Assembly: GCA_951406725.2 (NCBI GenBank)
Contig: OX597834.1
Coordinates: forward strand, 12,152,001 to 12,216,000
From: Octopus vulgaris
Lineage: Eukaryota
Reading direction: 5' to 3'
DNA: 64,000 nt
In this document: positions 52,252 through 64,000 of the stretch, in pieces
How positions within the stretch are numbered: position 1 is the first letter of the stretch
Layout of the letters: each line of letters begins with the position of its first letter
Notes under the pieces: generated by a model
The model's input: only the letters and a program-made list of their open reading frames with translations
Database searches by the model: none
What the model was told of the DNA's origin: nothing
Made by a program: the position numbers and the translations under genes

Positions 52252-54904
52252 CACGCCTGGCTTCCACAAGGTTGTCACCAACAAAATTCACTCAGAAGTT
52301 GTTTGTATGTTCGGAACTATATTACAAGACTCGTCGTGCGGAAGTTGCGGCGCAGTGAACTGAACGCGAAACTCCGCAGCTGCAGAACGAGCTTTCTAAC
52401 CGCACAGCGATTGGCTGCGTCAAAATGTAAAGTTAAACAACAAACAAAAAAAAAGAATAAACACAAAATGAAATATTATATTTTTCACATTAGTATAATC
52501 AATTCTGCTTTTCCAGTGCTATGATGCATTAGAGCCGCCATGTTGAATGCATCAAATTATTCAGTTATATGTCGTAGAGAATGTGAATTATTTTTAGCTA
52601 TACTCCATGTGAGTTCAAACCATACAAGGATCAACTTTGTCATTCAATTTTTTCCCCAGAATCAATAAAATAAGCAGCAATTACATATTAGGAACAAGTA
52701 CATCGACGATACCAAAGTCCATTATAGCAATACTATCGCGTTAATGTTTGTAAATCATTATTCATCTTTTTTACTGCACAGTTGATATAGTTAGATGTTA
52801 TTATTGATATTTTTTGATATGCATTAACCAGTGTTGTTGCCACTCAAGATACAAACTAATCTCTCCTGACATTTGTATACAATGACAATAAAATGAATAG
52901 AAGTAAATTGTGTGAAAGGCTTTTGCGAAAGAATATATTTGTAAAAATCAAAGGATGTTGCTATAGTGTATATACGTCATTACTCTCAAAATGTATGTTA
53001 GTAGAAATTAATTGATCGAATCACTATCGTATCGACCTGCCATCTCAAATGTCTTCAATTCACATCCGTTTAGTTTGTATATTCGAGCCGTGACCTGAAT
53101 TTTAAGCTGTCTCAGTACGCGTATACATAGGACGTTTCTGCTCTTACTGCTTAAGTCCCAGATCAGCCCTGATCGAGTATGATCAGACGAACGTTTATTT
53201 CTTTCATACAGAAGGTATCCATAATCTTATCGGGCTTCAACGAGAATTGTTTGCTATTTCTAGCATACGGTGTGTGACTTAGTATCAGATTTTCATTTGA
53301 TTTAACGGAATTAGAGTTACATCGTATGAAAATATAATAGCTTCAAATAGTTTTATTCCTCATATTTTAAAGATATGCTAAAATCAGTGCAGAGTGAGTT
53401 TACCAACCAGAATCACTGACATTCATCGTTGTAACTAAATCTTCATTTAATTTTCTTTTCGGACAAACGAAGGTAATTCAACGTCATTGATTGAAGCGAC
53501 ATGTTAATTATTTCATCCAAATAATCAAGTAACAGACATTAGCAGTCAGTATTATTAATTTTATACTAATGCAAAATTTGTAGTATAGCAATATGCTCAT
53601 CGTTTCTCTAGAAATAAATTTAATAATCTCTAATAGTTTCTGCTGAAATCGTATTCAATAAGGATAAAAGCGTATCACACATTCCTTTTGACATCTCTGA
53701 ATCTGTATTATCACAGAATACTGTTAATAGTAATATGCTTATTACTGATAACATTTAAAATACAAAGGCGATAATACAAAACAGACATTGTGAGATGAAG
53801 GTCTTTATCTTTATATACCAAAGAATATATCTATGGTTAGTGGGACATTTCTTGACTCTGGACAAGAGTATATTGAAGTATATTCTAAATGCAATTTCTA
53901 CATGACCATATAAAATCGATGTTAATTTAAATCAACCTCTAGTTCCAGAGGTGATTTCATCTAAAATCACTATATTACAAGAATTGAGAAAAAAGTGTCC
54001 CACTATGTTCTTTATTTTCCTTATACTTATATTATTTTACTTCAGACTTTGAGGTTCTCAGATTTTCTGTCAGTGCGTCGCCTTGTCACTTTCTCCGGAT
54101 TACTATAGTCTGAAAAATGATAGATTAAGCCCATGAAATTATGGGTAATTTTATACGACCACATCTACTCCATTTCAAACATAACAACATTGCTCTGATT
54201 GCCAAATGCTTGGACAATTTTAAGCACGAGTGTCTTAAGAATTTTTCATAAATCTAACGCTATTCTTGCATATTAATTTGAATCAGATGCGCATATATCT
54301 GAAGGATTAAGAAAACTATTTGACGATCAAAACTTGACATGCTCCGCCTAATTATAGATTGTATGGGGATAATCCAGGGATGACAAAAAATTCTTAGCAG
54401 CTCATCGATTGGGCTACACTCGTACTTCTACAAACACTGTCTCTTATATTGCCATCGAGAATTATGTTAAGGTGACATACGCAAAAATAAAACACTCTGC
54501 TTTATTCAGAATAATTCAATGCGTAAGGTCTTTAAGATTACCGAACAATTAAAGCCCTGCATGAAAACAAACTGCAGAAATTACTCAGATGCTTTGCGAG
54601 CTCATGTAAATGTGTCGCAATGCGGTAAAACCTTCCTATCACCAGCAACTATTCCAGTGTGACGAACGTTTCTTCCATTAGGCTGTACACTTCGCCTCAT
54701 TCGACCAGCAATTCACATATTTTAAGTTGTTCATAGAAAAGAATATGGTAAGAATTTCTTCCCATATTATATCGCTCTACTTCATGATACAGCCAAGTGT
54801 CACCAATTGCATTTGTGATGAATTATGAAATTGCAGAAAATAAATTTGGTAGAAATACATGCGATTCGTTCCTTCTGTTAGTAACAGATTTGTAGATTTA
54901 ATCT

Positions 54905-55087
54905 GGAGTTCACGAAAAAAAAACAAAAGATAGGTGGTGTACAAAAAAAAAGAATTAGTATAACGCTCAGGAATAGAAAAAGACTTTCACGTTTCGAGCC
55001 TACGCTCTTCTCTAGAAAGGGACACAGAAAAAAAGGAAGAAACAAGGAGAGGAAAAAATGTGTGTGGTGGCTAACGATCTATCATGA
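54905..55087 (-). mobile_element. Repeat with a degenerate hammerhead-like core
   Basis: Minus strand CTTT CTAGAGA A GAGC-GTAG-GCTC GAAA CGT G AAAG (55019-54984). Confidence 0.6.
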
Positions 55088-55127
55088 CATATACACACAC
55101 ACACATATATTTCAAAATGTGACCTCA

Positions 55128-55322
55128 TGTGTACCGTTGGCGATTTTTATTCCCCTGTCTTCCCTTCCCTGGATCTTTCCTTCTCCTAAGTTTCCGACGG
55201 AGAGCTCCGCTCGAAACGTTAAACTCTCCTTCTTCCATTCTTTCCTGAGCGTCCATTAATACTATATTTGTTCCACGTCCTCGCGTTGTTGTGTTTTTTT
55301 GTGCTTTCTTGTTTGGATTAAC

Positions 55323-55325
<3 letters not shown>
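55128..55325 (+). mobile_element. Sister repeat with a degenerate hammerhead-like core
   Basis: AGTTT CCGACGG A GAGC-TCC-GCTC GAAA CGTT AAACT (55189-55225); ends in (TA)n. Confidence 0.6.
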
Positions 55326-55358
<33 letters not shown>

Positions 55359-55885
55359 TACATACATACATACATACGTACGTACATACACACACACATA
55401 TACATGCATATATTAATACGCAAGCTAAGAGACAGCGAGAGAGTGAGTGTTTGAACGAAACTCTGTGATAAATAAATAGATTGATATGCAGCCTGAGAGT
55501 AAATGCAGCACCATTCTATGATCCGTATTCTCTGATCGATGTTTATATATGTATATTTGTTCTGATATTACACAGTTGTATATTTAGCAATGGGTCATTC
55601 AGAGGAAACCGCCTTGCCATCAACTACGAGAATGTTAGCAGCTCACATGAATCACAACAAGAGAAGAAAAGATGATGTTTAGAAACCAATATTCATATGT
55701 GAAATTATGAGATTCTGTACAGTATATTAGCATGGGTAGCTGTGATCATTTGTAAAGATGCGCATTTATATTTATATATGAGCGTAGTAACACATCCATT
55801 AGATGTAAAAAATCAGTCATTTCCATGATGGGTATAAATATGGCTATGCCTATGTGCATACAATCTCTCTCTTTCACACACACAC

Positions 55886-55918
<33 letters not shown>

Positions 55919-56354
55919 TATATGTATATATATATGTATACTTATCTATATATGTATATATATATATGTATATATATATAAGCACATGTATATATATATG
56001 TATATATGTGCGTGTATATATACATATATAAATATATATACACATATATATGCGTATATATAACAACAACAACAATAATAATAATAATAATAGTCAGAAT
56101 CATTATTATTATTATTATTTACTTTTAATCAGCATGTTTGTTACAATCAATTGCCAAGACACACCTAGCATCCTAGGGGGAGTGAACGATAAAAGATGTT
56201 ACAGTATGACTGAAAGATTAGTGAGCACAAGTGGCAGGGGCAGTAGCGAAACGGCTTCATGTAATACAACACAGACATTTACCTTGATAAAGTAAGTACC
56301 AGTTGAACACCGGAGTCGGTGTAATCGGCTAATCATATTCCTCGAAATTCCTCT

Positions 56355-56580
56355 CTGGCTTTGCCGCACCTCCATTACTTCTGCCTATGATCAGAGATGC
56401 ACATATCGTCAGCCACTAAGGGACATGGTCAACTGGTTAGGGTCAAACAATTGACAAACAAACCTGTGGTATTGAGCAGAATATTTGCTGTGGCCCACAT
56501 TTTACACCAAGACACATCATGTACATGATAATATTTCCAATCAAGAAAAGATGAGAAGCCATGAGAGCCACTGCCTCGCT
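56355..56580. mobile_element. Probable interspersed repeat fragment, unclassified
   Basis: GC-richer block next to (TAA)n that resembles a repeat recalled from octopus assemblies; only one copy in this window. Confidence 0.3.
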
Positions 56581-56630
56581 CTATTATCTACAATAATATT
56601 AATAATAATAATAATAATTATAATAATAAT

Positions 56631-56835
56631 TTGGTTTGGAGATTTGGTTTGCAAGATTCTTTATACGAGTTCGTGTGTTGAAGCATATTCTGTTGTGTCT
56701 GGGGAGAGTCATTCTCTTTTAGTGCCTTAATATTTAACACACTCACCGGTAAAATTTCCATTTAGTTTTACCGGTGAGTGTGTTAAATAATAAGGCACTA
56801 AAAGAGAATGACTCTCCCCAGACACAACAGAATAT
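56631..56835. mobile_element. Fold-back element (70-bp arms, one mismatch, 11-nt loop)
   Basis: 56685-56754 vs 56766-56835; extension 56631-56684 is the reverse complement of 43500-43557. Confidence 0.85.
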
Positions 56836-56844
56836 TAATAATAA

Positions 56845-57075
56845 TATTTTACATTCCGAATGAACGTCCTTTGTACAGGGCCACAATCTGTTTCCTTCGA
56901 TATCAATGACCCTTCTTAAACTCAATGCTGTTACTATTAGAGCTGATTTCTGAATCAACGCATATTCTGTAGTAACACCAATCTCCATAAGGTAACCGCG
57001 AAGTCTTTTGGTAACGGAACCTAAAGCTCCTATAACAACTATGATTACTTTGGCTATAAGCACTCCACAGAAGAC
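56845..57075 (-). mobile_element. R4/Dong-type LINE 3' fragment
   Basis: KVIIVVIGALGSVTKRLRGYLMEIGVTTEYALIQKSALIVTALSLRRVI. Confidence 0.8.
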
Positions 57076-57175
57076 ACATTCAGCTAAAACTATTAGAATA
57101 AATTCAATAACACATATATATATTATGTAAATCTGGCGTTTACCTGTTGTTTTATCAATTCATATTACGCAGTGA

Positions 57176-57558
57176 AGGAGGCGCAATGGCCCAGTGGTTA
57201 GGGCAGCAGACTCGCGGTCGTAGTATCGCGGTTTCGATTCCCAGACCGGGCGTTGTGAGTGTTTCTTGAGCGAAAACACCTAAAGCTCCACGAGGCTCCG
57301 GCAGGGGATGGTGGTGATCCCTGCTGTACTCTTTCACAACTTTCTCTCACTCTTACTTCCTGTTTCTGTTGTACCTGTATTTCAAAGGGCCGGCCTTGTC
57401 ACTCTCTGTGTCACGCTGAATATCCCATAGAACTACGTTAAGGGTGCACGTGTCTGTGGAGTGCTCAGCCACTTACACGTTAATTTCACGAGCAAGCTGT
57501 TCCGTTGATTGGATCAACCGGAACCCTCGTCGTCGTAACCGACGGAGTGCTTCCATCC
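57176..57558 (+). mobile_element. tRNA-derived SINE family C, full length with 12-bp TSD
   Basis: A-box tggcccagtgg, B-box-like ggtttcgattcc; perfect TSD attacgcagtga at 57164-57175 and 57559-57570. Confidence 0.9.
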
Positions 57559-58345
57559 ATTACGCAGTGAGCTATGTTAGACATATGTCGTTAGATATTG
57601 CGATTGACAAAACTTATTACATCTTAAGTAACTTCACACAGTGTTGACACGTCCAGGTTGTCATTTTTCGTTCGGAGATTGATATAAGTGCCATGGGTCA
57701 GTTTAGTATTTTTTTTTTATATTAGACCCCAATTACATCCCATTTTTGTCCTTGCTTTGTATTAGCTCTCAATTATATAATCACTTTTACTGATATCTAA
57801 TTCATTCGTCTATCACCCTCTATCATGTCGTAATTCCTTCTTTTTCTTCTTCTGGGATGTAGGGATTGTTGATGCGTTGGCTTGATTGCGAAAGAACGGG
57901 TCATCTGCAGTGTAATAGTTCACCGTAAGAGTATTCGCTATTAAACCATATGTGATTACTTATATTTATCTATACGAAACAGTAGTTATGTGCCACAAGC
58001 GATATTGCAACGATACCGAAATTTCACGTTCATGAAACTATAAATACAATATAAAATGAAGTGCAGCAAAGCAAAATATATTTTATCACTAACAACCACG
58101 TTGCATAAAAATCAAAGGTCATGGAATGAATGAGAACATTATTCGAGCAAGCGATTTCATGTTACGTGAAAATGTAATTGAGTGCAAATGCTTATGTAAC
58201 GCTGGTGATTGGAGTATGAAAGATAGATTGTTTAAAAAATAGTAATTAGTTAATATGAATATCGTTACAGATATGTGCATACAGACAGTCATAGAACCAA
58301 GACCACCGATGCATTAACGTAGAGTGAAATAAACGCACATGTGTA

Positions 58346-58381
<36 letters not shown>

Positions 58382-59484
58382 TCGTTTTTGTGTATATGCA
58401 TATATGCTTACAGTAAGCAACAGCTTATGGGATATCACTCCAATGTTGTATATTAGTGAAATATTTACAACTTTTTTGTTAGTTGGACTAGGGTATTTGT
58501 CTTATTTACTACGCAGAGTGAAAACTTCATATTAAAGACAATGTTATATTAATATATTTTTGCTATTTCATTGTGCATTTAAAAGATGGGAAAAGCGGGA
58601 GAGGCTATTATTTCTCATGGTTATTTTTCTCATGTAGTGTATCATCGACTCACCCAATTGTAGAATATGTACATACACATCGCCCATAAACACACATGCA
58701 TGCTTACATATATATATGTATACATACATACATATATATATACATATATACATACATACATATATATATATATACATACATACATATATATACACAGAGG
58801 TAGATAGACATATATATATATATATATATACACACAGGTAGATAGACATATATATATATATATATATATCTGTCTATGTGCGTGTAGAGAGAGATAAATA
58901 GATAAACAGACAGATGGAGGGAGAGAGAGAAAGATTGATACATAGACACAAACACACAGATACACACACATACATACATACATACATACATACATACATA
59001 CATACATGCATACATGCAAACATATTAAGTATCCAACTGCTAAATTTCACTCACAATAACAAGACACGTGTCTATACAGAATGGCATACATTGGAATCGA
59101 AATGAGATATCGATCCAATAGAAACTGAACTTCAGAATCGTACAACCATGCCTTCGACCATGTTTCCGCAAACAAAAACCATCTTCTAAAAAAAAAGGCA
59201 ACAAATATTCCAGTGACGATAAATACAAAACTCCATATCTGTAATCAACTGGCGAAAGGGAGACATTTCCAGATGGTCACGCAACCTTCCAGATACGGCA
59301 GCCATTTTTACCCCCAATTAACATTATCTCTAGACATTAACATGCTAACAAAGGTGCAGTTCATGACATATAATGCAGTTCCTCACAAATTTTACAGACT
59401 GGAATCGATTTAATCAACGGACCATGTCCCTCGAAATGTCTTGCCATGTGTTTATCATAAAAAACATCATAATCATCATTATTA

Positions 59485-60040
59485 TTAGTAGTATTAGTAG
59501 TAGTTGTACTAGTAGTGGTTGTACTAGTAGTCGTGTTGGTGGTGTTGGTCGTGGTAGCATTAGTAGTAGTAATAGTGGTGGTGGTGGTGATAGTGGTGGT
59601 GGTGGTAATAGTAGTATTAATGGGGGTGTTGGTGTCGGTAGTGGTGACGGTGATGATGGTGGTGGTATAGGTTGTGGTAGTGAATGTGGTGGTGGTGGTA
59701 GTAGTAGTAGTAGTAGTTGTAGTAGTAGTAATAGTGGTGGTGGCGATGGTGCTAGTGGTGGTGGTGGTGGTGGTGGTAATAGTAGTAGTAATTGGAGTGG
59801 TGATGTCGGTAGTGGTGGTGGTGGTAATAATGGTGGTGGTATAGGTTGTGGTAGTGAATGTGGTGGTAGTAGTAGTAGTAGTAGTACACTAGTGGTTCTG
59901 TTGCTGGTGGTAGTGGTGGTGGTGGTGATGATGCTGGTATTGGTGTCATTGTTTGCAATAATAGTAGTAGTAGTAGTGCTGGTGCTGATTGTGGTAGAGG
60001 TGCTGGTATTTGTGGTAGAGGTGGTGGTAGTAGTATTCGT
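59485..60040. repeat. (GGT/AGT)n compound trinucleotide repeat with an internal duplication
   Basis: ggtataggttgtggtagtgaatgtggtggt occurs twice. Confidence 0.9.
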
Positions 60041-60710
60041 AGTATCAATATTTTTTACTGTTTGAATTACTAAAATTGTTCGACAAATTATTAGCCCTAT
60101 TATACGCGATATTTGACATTGACTTCTACGTTCGGTGCGAGTTAGCGAGAATTATAAATTGGCCACTTCATGGCTTTCGCTGTTTAGTGATTTGTTTTGA
60201 TTTTCTTTTTCGGGAAGTTACTTGTATTTTTGTTTGTTTTTTTTTATATTATGTTTTTCTTCGCTTCTTCCTCGGTTTATGTACGTCTCGTGATTTGTCA
60301 TATGTGCTTGATGGGAGAACAATTAACCAAGCAAATACCTCGGGGAATGCGATAGCAAGAAGCAAATAAAGGATACAAGCAAATAAAGACACATGCAGTA
60401 AAACACACACACACATTCACACATGTATGCACACATACACACATGTATGCACACATACACACACACACTCACATTCACACATGTATGCACACATACACAC
60501 ACACACACACATACACACACACATGTATGTACACATACAGGTACGTAATAATACAGAACATAGTGCACATCTAAATTACACACGCATGCACAAACTCTCA
60601 TGCACACATGCCACAATGTTTCAACATCCGTATGCACCATCAGAAGCAGAGAGAGTGAGATAGAAAGAGAGATAGAGAAAGAAGACAGAGGAGAAGACAA
60701 AGACAGATAG

Positions 60711-60836
60711 ACAGAGTCAGATAGAGAGTGCACGAGAGAAAGAGAGAGACAGGTGCCGAAAAGAGAGAGAAGATAAAGACAAACAGACAGAGAGTCAGAT
60801 AGAGAGTGCACGAGAGTGAAAGAGAGACAGGTGCCT
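60711..60836. repeat. ~47-bp direct duplication in a GA-rich tract
   Basis: agagtcagatagagagtgcacgagag..agagagacaggtgcc twice. Confidence 0.8.
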
Positions 60837-61012
60837 AGACACTCATTGTAAATATCAAAGTATCAATCTGCATAGAAAATAGTCATTGAAGAGGCTGTAT
60901 TCTCTACAGTTAGAATTGGAAAACCCCACATACGTTGATATGTATAATTTTTTTTTCTCTTTATCCCTCTTTTTGCCCTCTTTCACCCTCTTTCTGTTCA
61001 TGTGCATGCACC

Positions 61013-61200
61013 TGTTTTACTCTTTTACTTGTTTCAGTCTTTTGACTGTGGCCATGCTGGAGCACCGCCTTTAGTCGAGCAAAATCGACCCCAGGACTTA
61101 TTTTATCGGTCTCTTTGCCGAACCGCTAATTTATGGGGACGTAAACACAAGCGATGTTGGGGGGACAAACACAGATACACAAACATTTACACACACACAT
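61013..61200 (-). mobile_element. SINE family A 3' half running into a large (TA/CA) expansion
   Basis: Consensus match; microsatellite continues to ~61950. Confidence 0.85.
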
Positions 61201-61915
61201 ATATATATACACACACACACATATATACATACATATATATATATACACACATATATACATATATATATATACACACATATATACATATACATATATATAC
61301 ACACATATATACATATATATATATACACACATATATACATATACATATATATACACACATATATACATATATATATATACACACATATATACATATATAT
61401 ATACACTCATATATACATACATATATATTTACACATATATATATATATACACATATATATATATACACATATATATATATATATACATATATATACACAT
61501 ATATATACGTATATATATACATATATATACACATATATATACGTATATATATACATATATATACACATATATATACGTATATATATACATATATATATAC
61601 ATATATACACACATATACATATATATATATATACACACATATACACATATATATACACATATATATATATACACACATATATATATACACACATATATAC
61701 ACAGACATATATACATACACACATATATACACACATATACATATACACACATATACATATACACACATATACATATACACACATATATATACATATATAT
61801 ATATACACATATATATACATATATATATATACACATGTGTATACACATATGCATGCAAATATATGTATAGTATACACATGCACACAAACTTATATACGCA
61901 TATATATATGTGTTT

Positions 61916-61946
<31 letters not shown>

Positions 61947-63434
61947 CGCGTATATGAGTGTTTGTGTGTGTGTGCTTTCCCGCGCGTAACATTTCTCTTC
62001 TCATTATCCCAAAGAAATATGAGTTTAAGCAGTCTTCGCTCTAGACTACTTTTATTACATCTTCTTTCCCTTCATTTCAACTTGCCCCACTCTCTCTCTC
62101 TCACTCCACGCACTCGTACACGTATGTCTCTGAACATAATACGGATAGAAACTCAATTTTCCAAACGCTCCTTTAACGCATATACACTTATAAAGCCAGG
62201 CATACACACATTTCCCTCTATATGCACACGCATAATCTCATCAATTATAAATATATAGACTGCAAAACGTACAGACGCAGAACCGTACAGCGAACAAAAC
62301 TCACACACACACAACGAAAATGATACTGAGTAACATAAAGAAAAATTAGCAAAGCTTCATTCTACTTTTACGCAGCAGCCCCATTAGATATTTATAGTAT
62401 CTGATAAAGATTTCAACCACATCATATTGGATCTCTCACGGGAAATTCAGACAAAATTGCCAATAAATTACCAGTCGATCACGAAAGAAAATGAGATCAA
62501 AGTCTAAAAATGGTAGGAGGTTAACAATGAAGGAAGTTAAATAACAATAAAACAAAACTAGGAGAAAAAACCTCACAGTTCACTTTAATATCTACTAGGA
62601 CTTCGTTGCCCATTAACAGAATATATTTAACGATTTAAGTGTTTGTATGTATTGTTGTTGTGCTGTCTAAATTTCTATTGATTGCTTGAGAATAAATTTT
62701 TCCTCTTACTAATTTAGTTGCCCCAGTGCCTTTTGCTAAATATGCAATTACTACTGGAAAAATACTAAGCAAGACCTAAAAGGAATAATGAAAAAGTCTG
62801 TCGATAAGTCTAACAGCATATACACTGGTGTAAACATAACGAGTAGAGGCATGATGTAGTTACTACTAATGGATTATAATGACTCCGAGGAAGCTATAGG
62901 ACGTTACGCAAGTACAGTGGTATAAGTGCATTGCTTCTTATAAAAGAAACAGCTCTAAGCTAATGAAAGTCATTGGGCAACCTCTGTTCTTATGCCAATC
63001 ACTAATTGATGATACGCTCCCTATTTTTCCCATGCTTTACTCTGAAGCACAAATATATAGATTCTAACAACTGCTTATTTGTAGTAGAATGTACAACCAA
63101 AATCATTCCATATATATATATATGTGTGTGAGTTTGTAAATTTGTATGTGTATATAAATTTTACATATATATATGTGTGTGTGTGTGTGTGTGTATGTAT
63201 TAATGTATACATGTATATGCATATATATATAAATAAGGATAATATCGATATTTAAATATCGATCTTATCAAGTGGCCATAAATATATATATATATATATA
63301 TATAACTTAGAAAGGTTTTGCCCACTATTGGCCCAGGCCATGTCTAACTTAATAGCACCACCTGGCGAAGTCTTTCAATTCAGGATTTGGGCACCGAGGC
63401 CCATTCGAGCAGAGAGGTATATATATATATATTT

Positions 63435-63850
63435 TTTATTTGTTTCATTCATTTGAGTGTGACCATGCTGGAGCACCGCCTTTTAGTCAAAGAGATCGAT
63501 CCCTGTACTTATTCTTTGTAATCCTGGTGCGTATTCTACCGGTTCTTCTGTCGAACCGTTAAATTATGGGGACGGAAGCACACCTTTGTTTATGTGTGTG
63601 CATGCGTGTATTTGTGTGTGTGTGTGTGTATCTTTATATATTTCTGAGCCATCCCAACCACAAGAAAATATTGACGACCAATTTTGGATTATTTTCCCCT
63701 TCGCAACCTAGCAGTTCGACAAAGTTACCCAATGGCATATGTACCAGAATTAAACATAAATACTGGGGGCGAACTCTACAAAGCTCTGTACTCTACAAAG
63801 CGGTGCCCCCAAAATGGCCGCCGTCGAATGAATGGAACAACGAAAAAGAT
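63435..63850. mobile_element. Two diverged SINE A 3' halves in divergent orientation around a (TG)n
   Basis: 63435-63585 minus, ~63640-63850 plus. Confidence 0.6.
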
Positions 63851-64000
63851 GTTTAAAATTTTATATATATCAATAAAGCAGTCTTTATTAATTTCCTAAT
63901 TTACTATAGTGGAATACGATGTAAAATAATTGTATTGGGTTGTGCTATTTAGTGATAATGACCCACAAATTTCAGTATGCATTTGTTCAAAATGGTCTTT

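Noticed and set aside
54552-54662. QCGKTF motif suggesting a C2H2 zinc finger
   Set aside because: The first Cys and both His ligands are missing and a stop follows; probably chance
57176-57255. tRNA gene
   Set aside because: The tRNA-like head continues into a ~300-bp body bounded by a TSD, so it is a SINE; the same applies to family A and B heads
59373-60065. Gly/Ser-rich ORF with a hydrophobic tail resembling a membrane or structural protein
   Set aside because: Explained by (GGT/AGT)n repeats read in shifting frames; no independent coding evidence
61002-62258. Longest ORF (418 aa) and the many YI/HT/VC-rich ORFs
   Set aside because: Translations of SINE plus (TA/CA)n microsatellite, which lack stop codons by composition

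Overview
AT-rich, microsatellite-dense, repeat-dominated eukaryotic DNA, intronic or intergenic. No intact protein-coding gene is recognisable; nearly all ORFs in the track are translated (TA)n/(CA)n/(ATG)n microsatellites or SINE sequence. The SINE families resemble those of octopus/coleoid cephalopods (inference from recalled repeat sequences, not a database search). Contents: about 20 copies of a tRNA-derived SINE with an internal microsatellite (family A); a second tRNA-derived SINE (family B) that forms ~184-bp head-to-tail concatemers at two loci; two further SINE families; stacked 3' ends of R4/Dong-type RLE LINEs in (TAA)n; an RTE LINE fragment; and a mariner transposase fragment. The most notable signal is a set of short islands embedded in (TA)n that carry fold-back (hairpin) termini and minimal type I hammerhead ribozyme motifs. 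One hammerhead (1478-1560) has a fully intact catalytic core. Together these look like Penelope-like element (PLE) pseudo-LTRs or retrozyme-like non-autonomous elements.
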